From NCBI GenBank assembly GCA_963664435.2, contig CAXXKM010000003.1, positions 160,001 to 224,000 of the forward strand: DNA of 64,000 nucleotides, in the 5' to 3' direction. Positions 50,831-60,597 of this stretch are shown in pieces. Made by a program: the position numbers and the translations under genes. Each line of letters begins with the position of its first letter. Within the stretch, counting starts at the first letter, position 1. The notes beneath the pieces are model-generated. The model was not told the origin of the DNA and did no database searches. It saw only the letters and a list, made by a program, of their open reading frames with translations. The DNA comes from Longimicrobiales bacterium (lineage in GTDB: Bacteria > Gemmatimonadota > Gemmatimonadetes > Longimicrobiales > Gaopeijiaceae).

Positions 50831-53425
50831 CTATCCCATGCGACGCGCGATCCCCGGCTCGCCGGAGGAGCCGTAGAACGCGCGCAGTTGCTCCTCGATG
50901 CGCCGCCAGGGCCCCCGGGCGAGCGGCGCCGGCGGGAGCGACTCGAGGAGGTAGCGGCCGTAGCGGTACTTGACGATTCGCGAATCCAGGAGCACTACGG
51001 CTCCGCGGTCCCGGCGCGAGCGCACCAGGCGACCGAAACCCTGGCGCAGGCGAAGCGCCGCCTGGGGCAGCATCAACTCCTGGAACGGATTCCCTCCGGC
51101 CGCCTCGATGGCTTCCATGCGTGCTTCGACGACGGGATCGGTGGGGACGCTGAACGGAAGCTTCTGGATGAGCAGCGCGCGCAGGGGCCGGCCCGGGACG
51201 TCCACGCCCTCCCAGAATGAGGAAGTGCCCAGCAGAATCGCGTTGCCGGCCTCGACGAAGCGGGAGAGAAGCCGGGAGCGGTCGTCCTCTCCGTGCACCA
51301 GCAGGGGCCAGCGTCCCTCTCCCCCCGCCCGCAGCGCCTCCGCTACCGCGCGCAGGGCCCGGTGGGAGGTGAAGAGGGCGAAGAGTCCTCCCCGGGAGAT
51401 GTCGGCGAGTGCCGCAACGGCGCGGGCGGTCGCACGATTGAACGAGGCGCTTCCCGCCGAACCGCCGAACGAGGGCCGCGGCAGGTCCGACGGGACGCAT
51501 AGCAGTGTCTGCGCGGCGAAATCGAAAGGAGATTCGATGCGTGCTTCGGCGACCTTGAGGGCAGGCGCATCCGCGGGGTCGCGCGCGAGCCCGAGGCGTC
51601 CGCGCAGGAAGCCGAAGTCCTTGCGCGTGGTCAGCGTCGCCGAGGTAAGCACGGTGGTGCGGACGCGCTTGAACAGCTGCTCTCTGAGCAGTTCGGCCAG
51701 CTCGATGGGCGCGGCGGCGAGATGGAGGTTGCGGTGTTTTCCACGCCGGAGATTCCTCTGCTCCACCCAGCGGACGTATCGCTGTCCCTCCTCGGCCGGA
51801 TCCAGGACGAGGCGCAGGCTGCGCGACGCATTGTTCAGGCGGCGCTCGATGCTCCGCAGGTCGAGGACTCTTCCCTCGAGCGGTTCGCGCCACTCGTCGG
51901 TGAGCTCGATGCGCGCGCCGAGCTCGGACACTTCGCGCGTCAGCCCCGCGAGCCCGTCCAGAAGCGCATCGAGGTTCCTGTGAACCCGCTCCTGGTCGAT
52001 GGGCTCCGGGAGCTGCTCCGAGCCCAGCCTCACGCGAACGCCTCCGGGCAGGGGCGCCATCTCATCGAGGATGTGGAAGAAGGCTTCGAATCGCGCGCGC
52101 GTCTCCTTGAGCGATGGGAGTACCCGGTCGGTGAGGCGGTCCAGAAGCGGTTTCGCGGCCGGACCCGCCAGAGGGCCCTCCGACCGCGCACCGTCTTCGG
52201 CCACGGTGGGAAGGCCGGCGAGCTTGCGCCGCACCACCCCCGCCACACGCTCCAGGCGGGTCAGGGTGGCGGCCAGTCCCTTCCGGCTGACGCTCGCGCC
52301 CAGGTGGCTGGTGGCGGCGTCCTCCACGTTGTGCGCTTCGTCCAGGATCAGCCGGCGGTATGCCGGCAGCGCCGCGGACTGGGTGAAGTTGTCGGTGACG
52401 ATGCGCAGGGAGAGGTCGGAGAAGAGAAGATGGTGGTTCACCACCAGCACGTCCGCGGATGCCGCCACCCGTCGCGAGCGCTGGTAGAAGCAGGACTGAA
52501 AGTGGGGACAGCGGGCGTGCAGGCAGATGTCGGAATCGGACTGCACTTCTTCCCATACCTCCCGGGACGGGGCAGTCGCCAGATCGGCAAGCGATCCGTC
52601 CTCCGTGGCCGCGATCCAGTCGAGCAGCGCATTGACCTCGCGGGTGCGGTCCTCCCCGAAGAGGGTGGCCGCGCTCTCCGCCGCCAGATGAGCGCGGCGG
52701 ATGGAGATGTAGTTCCCCCTGCCCTTCATCAACGCCCAGCGGAAGTCCTCTCCCAGGAGTTCGCGTACGAGAGGAAGGTCCTTGGCGACCAGTTGTTCCT
52801 GCAGGTTGATGGTGTTGGTGGAGACGATCGTGCGTTCCCTGTTGCGGATCGCCCAGCGGGCAGCGGGCAGCAGGTAGGCGACCGACTTTCCGGTGCCGGT
52901 GCCGGCTTCCACCAGGGTGACCCCATCCTGGTTGTATCCTCGCGCCACTTCCGCCAGCATCGCACGCTGCCCCGGACGATCCTCATAGCGCTCGTGCAGA
53001 CGCGACAGAGCGCCGCCGGGGGCGGCCAGTGCTTCCATCCCGGGTATGTCCAGGGGCTCGAGCGACGACGGCGGCGGCGGCTCCACCACCACGTACAGCG
53101 CCCTCGCCGGGTTGTCGACGATGGCGCTGCCGAGGCCCTGCTCGTAGAGGCGGCCGGCCACGTGAAGGTCCGCGTCGGAGGGCTCCAGGCGTCCGGAGGG
53201 GTGGTTGTGCAGCATGATCTCGCCGGCGCGCGCGTCGCCGGCGGCGGCGAGCACGGCGGCACGGTTCCCCCGGGCGACCGTGCGGGGGTCCACGATGACC
53301 CGTTCGGGCGTCACGGTGGCGAGGAAGCTGACTTCGCGCCCGCCCGCCCGCGCAATCTGTTCGCGCATGCGCCTGGCTGCCTCGGGGGCTAGAACGAGGT
53401 CGGGCCGGGGCCGCTCGGGGGTCAC
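50831..53425 (-). CDS. dinG: DinG/YoaA-family helicase with N-terminal JAB/MPN domain
   Basis: REV...HNHPSG...PSDAD (JAMM); EAGTGTGKS, DEAH, TSAT, FWEGVD, QGFGRLVR. Confidence 0.92.
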   Translation of the reverse strand: MTPERPRPDLVLAPEAARRMREQIARAGGREVSFLATVTPERVIVDPRTVARGNRAAVLAAAGDARAGEIMLHNHPSGRLEPSDADLHVAGRLYEQGLGSAIVDNPARALYVVVEPPPPSSLEPLDIPGMEALAAPGGALSRLHERYEDRPGQRAMLAEVARGYNQDGVTLVEAGTGTGKSVAYLLPAARWAIRNRERTIVSTNTINLQEQLVAKDLPLVRELLGEDFRWALMKGRGNYISIRRAHLAAESAATLFGEDRTREVNALLDWIAATEDGSLADLATAPSREVWEEVQSDSDICLHARCPHFQSCFYQRSRRVAASADVLVVNHHLLFSDLSLRIVTDNFTQSAALPAYRRLILDEAHNVEDAATSHLGASVSRKGLAATLTRLERVAGVVRRKLAGLPTVAEDGARSEGPLAGPAAKPLLDRLTDRVLPSLKETRARFEAFFHILDEMAPLPGGVRVRLGSEQLPEPIDQERVHRNLDALLDGLAGLTREVSELGARIELTDEWREPLEGRVLDLRSIERRLNNASRSLRLVLDPAEEGQRYVRWVEQRNLRRGKHRNLHLAAAPIELAELLREQLFKRVRTTVLTSATLTTRKDFGFLRGRLGLARDPADAPALKVAEARIESPFDFAAQTLLCVPSDLPRPSFGGSAGSASFNRATARAVAALADISRGGLFALFTSHRALRAVAEALRAGGEGRWPLLVHGEDDRSRLLSRFVEAGNAILLGTSSFWEGVDVPGRPLRALLIQKLPFSVPTDPVVEARMEAIEAAGGNPFQELMLPQAALRLRQGFGRLVRSRRDRGAVVLLDSRIVKYRYGRYLLESLPPAPLARGPWRRIEEQLRAFYGSSGEPGIARRMG

Positions 53426-53465
53426 GGGGCGGAGTTCCGGAGGATGATCCTCCCTTCAGCCGGCG

Positions 53466-54749
53466 TCAGGTCTTGCGCTGTTGCTTCCGGGCCGCCGGGA
53501 AGAGGACGTTGTTCAATATCAGGCGATAACCGCCCGAATTGGCGTGCAGCGAGAGATCCGTCGGCGGATCGCCGATCTGGTGCTCGGGGTCTTCCGGATC
53601 GTGCCCGCCGTAGAAGGTCCAGGTTCCCTCGCCACGGTTTCCGTGGATGTACTTGGCCCATCCGCCCTCCTGTGCCAGGATGATGGCGCCCGGCTTGACG
53701 CGGTCGATGCGGAAGGACGTCGTGAGCCCGTAGAAGTCGGAAAGCACGTCCTCGTGGCTCTGCGTCAGCATCGAGGGCACGGGATCCAGCTTGGCGGAGA
53801 ACTCGAAGAGCGAGAACGCCCCCAGCTCTTCCCGCCAGGGGGTGTTGACCTGGTGACCGTCGATGTCGCTGAAGGCGTTGACCGACGGCGAGAGCTGCAC
53901 TTCGGCGTTCATGAACCCCAGCGCCCGGTCCCATTCCATGTGCGCCGAGGCGTCGAGGGCCGGTGGGGTCCCGTCGGCGAAGGCCGCCGCGATGTCGGCC
54001 TCCCGGGCCGCCAGGGCCAGGCCGAGCGTCTCGGTCGCCGAGCACATGGCGAAGAGAAAACCGCCTCCCTCGACGAACTCCAGAATCGTGCTCGCCACCG
54101 CCTTCTTGAGCGCGGGCACGTGCGGATACCCGAACGCGGTGGCCACCTCCTGGTTGCGGGCCACTTCCTCCTGCAGCCAGGGAGCTCCCGCGTACGTGAT
54201 GAAGAACTTGGAATACTGTCCCGTGAAGTCCTCGTGGTGGAGATGGAGCCACTCGTAGTTCTCCAGGTCTCCGTTCAGGACCTCCGGATCCCACACCTTG
54301 TCGTACGTGATGCCCGCATACTCGAGCGCCATGGTTACGGCGTCGTCCCAGGGCGTCGTGTTGGCGGGCGTGTAGATCGCGATGCTGGGCGCCTTCTCGA
54401 GGATCACCGACTCCATGTTCGAGCGCGCGATCACCGCTCGCATCGCGGCCACGTCGGCGGCGCTCACCGGCTCGATGCTGACGCCGCGCAACGCCGCTTC
54501 CCGGCGAACGTCCTGCCTGTCCGGCAGAAGGAAGGAGCCGTCGCGATAGTTGAGCAGCCACTCTGCGGTCGCTCCGCGCTCGAGGCTCCAGTAGGTGAGC
54601 CCGTAGGCCTTCAGGTGATCGTCCTGGTCCCGGTCCATCGGCACCAGGAGATTCTGGGCCCGCAGGGCCTGCGGAGCGAGCACCGCAGCCGCGAGCAACC
54701 CCGCTCGGATCGTGCACGCTCCGCGCGCCGGCCAGTGGAAGAACTTCAC
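53466..54749 (-). CDS. Conserved exported protein (family often mis-annotated 'asparagine synthetase B' in Bacteroidota)
   Basis: Signal peptide; LLVPMD..Q.DHLKAYG, WLLNYR.GSF, PWDDAVT, WLHLHHEDFTGQY, GGHDPED, YRLILNNVLFPAA. Confidence 0.8.
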   Translation of the reverse strand: MKFFHWPARGACTIRAGLLAAAVLAPQALRAQNLLVPMDRDQDDHLKAYGLTYWSLERGATAEWLLNYRDGSFLLPDRQDVRREAALRGVSIEPVSAADVAAMRAVIARSNMESVILEKAPSIAIYTPANTTPWDDAVTMALEYAGITYDKVWDPEVLNGDLENYEWLHLHHEDFTGQYSKFFITYAGAPWLQEEVARNQEVATAFGYPHVPALKKAVASTILEFVEGGGFLFAMCSATETLGLALAAREADIAAAFADGTPPALDASAHMEWDRALGFMNAEVQLSPSVNAFSDIDGHQVNTPWREELGAFSLFEFSAKLDPVPSMLTQSHEDVLSDFYGLTTSFRIDRVKPGAIILAQEGGWAKYIHGNRGEGTWTFYGGHDPEDPEHQIGDPPTDLSLHANSGGYRLILNNVLFPAARKQQRKT

Positions 54750-56524
54750 GATAATCCTCCTCCCGCTGTCAGGCGCTCCAGTTCGCGGCGCGCGACCGGC
54801 ACGACGGCACTGTTGGGTCGGGCCAGAATGAGTTCCTGCAGCAACTCGATGGCAGCCGGCACGCCGGTGGGGCTGGCAGCCCGGTAGCGCGCCAGCTGCA
54901 GGATGGCCTCCGGCGCCTCGCTCGACTCCGGAAAGGTGGCGACGAGGGATTCACGCAGGCGTGCCGCCTCGCCCTGCTGGTCGGTTTCGTCGGCGATGCG
55001 GGCGGCCAGGGCGAGGAGGGGTGGCTGGTCTTCCGGAGGCAGGGCGTGCACCAATCCGTTCAACAGCGCGAACGCCGCCGCCGCACTCTCCCGGTGGCGC
55101 GCGATCGACGCTCTCCCGGCCAGCGCGGCCGCCTGTTCGCCGACCCGGTCCAGGATGCCGACCAGCTGCACGATCGCGGTGGCCTCGGTGGCGGGGAGCC
55201 CCGCCGCGGCGAGCATCAGGTTGACCCGGGCGCCTTCCCGGTTGCCCGCTTCGAGCGCCAGCCAGGCGCGCTCCTGCGCGCTCAGCGGACCCGGAACCCC
55301 TTCCAGCACAAGTGCCGCGGTTTCCGGATCGCCGTCGGTTCGGAAGCGCTCCGAAAGCGCGACCGCCAGCGCGTCGGCTTCAGGCGCGTTCGGAAACTCC
55401 TGGCGGAAGGCCGCGAAGCGATCCAGCAGCTCGAGGGGAGCGCCGGTCGCGGTCTCCAGCCGGATCATCTCGGCCAGAGCCCGCCTCCGTTCCGGCGAAC
55501 GTTCGGGTAGACCGCGGGCGTACCGCCCCCTGGCTTCCAGCGCGCGGACGGTATCGCCCGCCACGAGCGAGGTGACGGCGATCTGGCGGTCCAGCGTGCG
55601 CGCCCGTGAACCCCTCGGAGCCTCCCGGCGCAACTGCTGCAGCGTCCACAGCGCGAGCTGATCGGCGTCCTTTTCTTCGGCGAGACGCAGCAGCGCGTTG
55701 AGGAAGCCCTGCCGCTCCGGCTCGGCAAGCTCTCCCGCAACCTCCTCCGCAATACGACGCGCCTCCGGCCGCAGACCAGCTTCCAGCGCGATCTCGATCG
55801 CCGCCCGCCTGCGCGCGTCGGACGCGCCTTGCGCCGCCAGCTCACGAACCACCCCGGGTGCCAGCCCGGGGTTCTCCCCGCTGGTGCGGACCATCCGTCG
55901 CAACGCCCCGGGCGCCTGGACGTCCGCTCCGTCGAGCGCGCGCGCCCACTCCATGAGCGCCTCCCGGGGACGCTCGAGGCGAAGCAGAACATCTCCCGCC
56001 TCCACCGCGAGAACTCCGCCACCGGCGCGGTTCTGTCCGCGCCGAAGGACGGAAAGAGCTTCCTCGCCTCCGAACGCCCGCTCATACACCCGGGCGACCT
56101 CCCTGTAGGAATCCGGCGAGGCCGGGTTCTGCGCGATCCAGGACTCGGCCGCAGAACGGAGTTCAGCCAGGGAATCGACCTCCAGGAGAATCCTCAGCTT
56201 GAGGTAGCGGGGGCCGGTGGACACGGGGTCGACCGCCAGGAACGCGTCGATGGCGTCAAGCACCTGCGACACCCGCCCCTGAGCCCGCAGCACGCGCTCC
56301 AGGGCGAAGATGGCCCCCGAGGATGCGGGCCGCTCCTGCAACAGTGCAGTGAGAATCTCGACCGATGCGGCATAGTCTCCCGCCGACTCGGCGCGGGCCG
56401 CCTCGCGCAGCAACCTGGATTCCTCGTTCGAGGACAACTGGCCATCCGCGGCGCCAGGCGCCAGTGCCAGGCCCACCACGAGCGAAAGCGCTCCGGACAG
56501 GGTCCGGCGGGCGCCGTCGTTCAC
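54746..56524 (-). CDS. Exported tetratricopeptide-repeat protein
   Basis: Signal peptide, all-helical repeats, C-terminal FPESSEAPEA / PNSAVVPVARREL TPR caps. Confidence 0.8.
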   Translation of the reverse strand: MNDGARRTLSGALSLVVGLALAPGAADGQLSSNEESRLLREAARAESAGDYAASVEILTALLQERPASSGAIFALERVLRAQGRVSQVLDAIDAFLAVDPVSTGPRYLKLRILLEVDSLAELRSAAESWIAQNPASPDSYREVARVYERAFGGEEALSVLRRGQNRAGGGVLAVEAGDVLLRLERPREALMEWARALDGADVQAPGALRRMVRTSGENPGLAPGVVRELAAQGASDARRRAAIEIALEAGLRPEARRIAEEVAGELAEPERQGFLNALLRLAEEKDADQLALWTLQQLRREAPRGSRARTLDRQIAVTSLVAGDTVRALEARGRYARGLPERSPERRRALAEMIRLETATGAPLELLDRFAAFRQEFPNAPEADALAVALSERFRTDGDPETAALVLEGVPGPLSAQERAWLALEAGNREGARVNLMLAAAGLPATEATAIVQLVGILDRVGEQAAALAGRASIARHRESAAAAFALLNGLVHALPPEDQPPLLALAARIADETDQQGEAARLRESLVATFPESSEAPEAILQLARYRAASPTGVPAAIELLQELILARPNSAVVPVARRELERLTAGGGLS

Positions 56525-59500
56525 GACCCGCCTCCCGCGGGCGGGATGGTTGCGGCCTGGTTGAGGCGCTCGAAGTACTCGATCACCAAGCGTCTCTGCG
56601 CCGGAGGCAGGCGACCCAGCACATCCGCGGCGGGAAGCTCGAACCGGAGGACGTTCATATCCTCTTCCCCGAGAGGGGCGACCACGTTGCGCTCGAATTC
56701 CCCCGGGACTTCGGATTCCCGTTCCTCCGACTCCTCGTCCCGCTCCAGGCTTCGCCCGGCGTCCAGCAGACGCTGGAAGAGCTGCTCCTGGCGCTCGATG
56801 GTCTCCGGGCGCAGGCGTTCCATGGCCAGCTGCTCGGCGAGAGCGGCGGCTTCCTGCGCGAGCTCGTCGAGGTCGCCGAGCGCCTGTTCCTCGGAATTCG
56901 GCTGCTGGGCCAGATCACCGAGTTCGCCGGCGACCGATTCCTGGCCCTGCGCGAGCTGCTGCATCTGCCTGGCGAGGGCCTGCTCGCCCAGCTGCATCGG
57001 CATGAGCTCCTCGGTCTGGATGATCAGATCACCCTGACGCTGGGCGATGGCCTCCAGCATTTCCTGCATCTCGCCAGCTCCGCCGGAGGCCGCGTCCTGC
57101 CCTGCCTGCCCGGCGCCTGCGATGGCCTGGAGCGCGACCTGGTTGAGCGCCCGCACGGCCGCCTCCGCTGTCGCGGTCGGGGACGGGGTCGACCCGCGCC
57201 GGCTGTCGAGGGCGTCCAGGGTCTCGCTGATGGCCTCCATGGCTTCGCCGATGGCGGTGCTGACCTCGCGGTCGACCTGGCCGGAGGCGCGCGAGCCGGC
57301 GCTCAGGTTCTCGGCCATGTTGCGCACCCCGCGCAGGAGCGAGGCCTCGTCGGCTCGCATTGCGGCCTGCTGCTCCGCGTTCGCGCGGCGCATCTGCTCG
57401 CGCAGTTCGGCCTGCTGGCGCGCGAGGGAGAGGGCATCCTCCGCCGTCTGCCGGAGCGCCTGACGAGCCGCCTCGTCCATGGTCTCCGTCATCTCGGCAC
57501 GCGCCTCCGCCAGCGCCTCCTGTGCTTCCCTGAGGGCTTCCGCCGCCTCTCTGGCTTCCTGCGCAGCCGATTGCGCCTCTCCAGCCTCGGCCTGCTCGCG
57601 GGCTTCGGCCATGTCCCGGCGCGCTTCGTCCGTCCGTTCTCCGGCCGCCTGCGCCCGTTCCCCTGCCTCCTGCTCGTCCAGTTCGTCGAGGTGGTCGCGC
57701 ACCTGTTCCATGCGCTCCAGGAGCGCCTCCGTCTGCTCCTCCAGGTCGGCCTGCTGGCGGACGCGCAGGTCGAGGGTGTCCCCCTCCTCCATCGCGTCGG
57801 CGAGCGCGTCCTCCTTTCGTGCCAGCTCGGCGGCCTCCTCCTCGGCGGCGCGCAACTCCTGCTCGGTGGCGGCGCGGCGGAAGCGCTCGATCGACTCCTC
57901 CAGACGCTGGCGCAACTCTTCCTGGTCCTGCGCGAGCCGTTCCAGCGCCTCCAGCGACTCGCCTTCGTCCATCTCCTCGAAGTTGCGCGCCATCTCCTCC
58001 ATGCGCTCGCGCACCTCCTCGGGCATCATCTCCTCGAGAAGACGCTGAAGCTCCTCCATCTCCTCGCTGAACTCGGGATCCGGAAGCCCCGCCTGGCGCA
58101 TGGACTCGGAGACCTCCTCGAGTTCCTGCCGCAGCGAGTCCACCTCGGCCGCCAGCTCTTCCTGCGCTTCGAGCGCCTGCCGCAGCTCTTCCTGCTCCTC
58201 GAAGCTCAGCTCCTCCTCTCCCCGCGTGCCCGGGTTTCTGCGCTCCTCGGCGCGCTCCGCCTGATTGCGGCGCTCGAGTTCGCGGGTCTCCTCCGCCGCT
58301 TCTCCCGCCTGCTCAGCCAGCGATTCGACCTCGGCCGCCGCGTCCTCGAGCATCTGTTGAGCCTGCCAGCGAAGCTCGGACGCCTCCGGCATGCGCAGCA
58401 CGTATTCCGGGCTCTCGCCGATCTGCGGCGACGGCGCGTTGTCCACCACGCGCGCCCGGTAGCGAATCACATCGCCGGCGAGCAGTCCCCAGTCGGAGAC
58501 GTCCAGGAGAGGGCGCACGAGCGCGCTGCGCGTGCCCGCCATCCCCATTCTGCGCACGACCGGATCCTCGGGTGCACCCAGGGATCGCACTCGGTAGGCG
58601 ACCAGTTCGACCGAGGTGAGGCCGTAGTCGTCCCGTGCCTGGACGACCAGCGGCTGCTCCATGGAGAGCGGCAGGACGGTGTCGCGGCCGGGAAAGACGA
58701 TGGCGACGGCGGGCACAGAATCGCGCACCAGGGTGATGTCGAGCGGGACGGGCGGGATCTCGGGACCGCCGCCGCGCGCGTCGACGAGGTGCCAGTGGTA
58801 TACACCCCCGGCGCGCGGCGTCCAGTCGGCATGGAAGCGAGGGCCGTCGACCTGCAGCGCGACCGTGGGCCCGTTCGGCTCCTCCACGGCGAGGCTGGCG
58901 CCCTGGAGTTCGCGGCTGGCGCGCCCTTCCACGCGCACGCGGGTGCCCATCGGAACGCTCAGCGGGGGTGCCGCCCCCCGGTACTCCTCCGCATAGCGGC
59001 CACTGTGGGGCGGGAAGGTGAGCGCCAGCGTCAGGTCGGCGACGAACAGCGGATCCACCGGAGTGACCCGGTAGCGCTCGCTGGTGCTCCCATCGGGCGC
59101 CGACGCCCAGTACTCGAAGGCGGTCTCCACCGCGCTGAACCTGAACGACGCGACGCCGCCGCCGATTTCGCGCGTGTCGGCGCGCGGCACGTCGCCCGGC
59201 GCGCGCGAGTGCAGGGTAACTTCGAGGCGTCCCATCGCCTCGACCTCGATGGTCACGTCCGACCCGCGGGAGATCTCGATGTCTCCCGGCCGGACCTCCA
59301 GGGGAGCATAGCGCGGGCTCGCCACCACCCCGAAGGGGGCCGCGAGTCCCGACCAGGCGCGCCGCGACCGCTCCGGCGACGCGACCCACGCGGAGATGAC
59401 CGGCACGCTGGCCACCACCAGCGCACCCAGCCCGAGACGCATCCAGCGTCCGCTGCGCCGGTGAAGCGACCCGGCCAGCACGGGCGCGGGGGACGTGAGG

Positions 59501-59901
59501 CGCCCCGCCACCCGCGCTTCGGCACGGCGCGCCAGCGCCGGCGATACACCGGGCGGGACCGAACGGGAGAGCTCGAGCGACCCGCGCACCACGCCGCGGG
59601 CGAGGCCGGCCGCCTCCTCCATGGTTGCGGCGACCCCGGCCTCGTCGAGCCAGCGCCGCCGGATCCGGACCAGCAACGCGACCAGGATCGCGACCGCGGC
59701 GATCGCGATTCCGTCCAGGATCAGCGGCGCAGCGCTGCCCTGCCGCCACCCGGCCGCACCCGCCAGCCACCAGGCGAGCATCAGGGTGACGGCCACGGGA
59801 ACGGTCGCCCACAGCGCCCCCGCCATCCCGAAGCGGGTGCCGACATGGCCGCGTACGGCGTCGAACGCGCCGCGGACGCTCGGGCGGGGCGCCGGGTTCA
59901 G
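56521..59901 (-). CDS. DUF4175-like membrane protein (TM helices, Ig-like domains, long coiled coil)
   Basis: Three N-terminal TMs, ARDDYGL, YRARVVDN, a long Glu/Gln-rich coiled coil, QRLLDAGRSL and EYFERL. Start is CTG 59901 or ATG 59826. Confidence 0.82.
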   Translation of the reverse strand: MNPAPRPSVRGAFDAVRGHVGTRFGMAGALWATVPVAVTLMLAWWLAGAAGWRQGSAAPLILDGIAIAAVAILVALLVRIRRRWLDEAGVAATMEEAAGLARGVVRGSLELSRSVPPGVSPALARRAEARVAGRLTSPAPVLAGSLHRRSGRWMRLGLGALVVASVPVISAWVASPERSRRAWSGLAAPFGVVASPRYAPLEVRPGDIEISRGSDVTIEVEAMGRLEVTLHSRAPGDVPRADTREIGGGVASFRFSAVETAFEYWASAPDGSTSERYRVTPVDPLFVADLTLALTFPPHSGRYAEEYRGAAPPLSVPMGTRVRVEGRASRELQGASLAVEEPNGPTVALQVDGPRFHADWTPRAGGVYHWHLVDARGGGPEIPPVPLDITLVRDSVPAVAIVFPGRDTVLPLSMEQPLVVQARDDYGLTSVELVAYRVRSLGAPEDPVVRRMGMAGTRSALVRPLLDVSDWGLLAGDVIRYRARVVDNAPSPQIGESPEYVLRMPEASELRWQAQQMLEDAAAEVESLAEQAGEAAEETRELERRNQAERAEERRNPGTRGEEELSFEEQEELRQALEAQEELAAEVDSLRQELEEVSESMRQAGLPDPEFSEEMEELQRLLEEMMPEEVRERMEEMARNFEEMDEGESLEALERLAQDQEELRQRLEESIERFRRAATEQELRAAEEEAAELARKEDALADAMEEGDTLDLRVRQQADLEEQTEALLERMEQVRDHLDELDEQEAGERAQAAGERTDEARRDMAEAREQAEAGEAQSAAQEAREAAEALREAQEALAEARAEMTETMDEAARQALRQTAEDALSLARQQAELREQMRRANAEQQAAMRADEASLLRGVRNMAENLSAGSRASGQVDREVSTAIGEAMEAISETLDALDSRRGSTPSPTATAEAAVRALNQVALQAIAGAGQAGQDAASGGAGEMQEMLEAIAQRQGDLIIQTEELMPMQLGEQALARQMQQLAQGQESVAGELGDLAQQPNSEEQALGDLDELAQEAAALAEQLAMERLRPETIERQEQLFQRLLDAGRSLERDEESEERESEVPGEFERNVVAPLGEEDMNVLRFELPAADVLGRLPPAQRRLVIEYFERLNQAATIPPAGGGS

Positions 59902-60563
59902 GAGGCCCCCCTGGTGATCGCGTAGACGAACAGGTTCACGCCCATGCGCAGGGCCTGCTCGCGGGTCTCGGGAGGATCTTCGTGCACCTCGGGATCCTCC
60001 CATCCGTCCCCCAGATCGCTTTCGTAGCTGTAGAAGAGCATCAGCCGGCCGCGCTCGAAGAGCCCGAAGGCCTGGGGCGGACCCCCGTCGTGCTCGTGGA
60101 TCTTGGGCAGGCCCTCCGGGAGCAGGTGAAAGGCCTGGAAGACGGGGTGATCCGCGGGGATTTCCACGAGTTCGCGGCCGGGAAAGACGCGTGCGATCTC
60201 CCGGCGGAAGGATTCGTCGAGGCCGTAGTTGTCGTCGACGTGCAGGAACCCCCCGCCCAACAGGTAATCGCGCAGCGCGCCCTGCTCCTCCAACGAGAAA
60301 CTCATGTTTCCGTGGCCGGTCATGTAGACGTAGGGGAAGTCGGGCAGCGCAGGATCACGGAGGGTGATGGTGGCTTCGCGATCCGCGACGGGCAACCCGG
60401 TGTCGGCCGCGATTCGCTCCAGCAGATTGGCCAGCGAGGACGGGTTCGCATACCAGTCGCCTCCGCCGTCGTACTGGAGGCGTGCGATGGTGAGCGTCGA
60501 GTCGACGGGCGTGACGGCCGCAAGCACGACCGCGAGGACCGGGAGAACGATCGGCTTCAGCAT
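59898..60563 (-). CDS. DUF4159 domain exported protein
   Basis: Signal peptide; IARLQYDGGGDWYANP, YMTGHG, GGFLHVDDNYG, GLPKIHEHD, SDLGDGWED, MGVN. Confidence 0.9.
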   Translation of the reverse strand: MLKPIVLPVLAVVLAAVTPVDSTLTIARLQYDGGGDWYANPSSLANLLERIAADTGLPVADREATITLRDPALPDFPYVYMTGHGNMSFSLEEQGALRDYLLGGGFLHVDDNYGLDESFRREIARVFPGRELVEIPADHPVFQAFHLLPEGLPKIHEHDGGPPQAFGLFERGRLMLFYSYESDLGDGWEDPEVHEDPPETREQALRMGVNLFVYAITRGAS

Positions 60564-60597
60564 GGATTCCTGCACCACTCCCGCGTGATCGCCCCCG

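Noticed and set aside
56365..59925. 1186-aa plus-strand ORF and many other long antisense or alternate-frame ORFs (e.g. 8006-9994, 43082-45040, 46107-48008)
   Set aside because: Shadow ORFs of well-supported genes, expected at high GC; they have no recognisable motifs.
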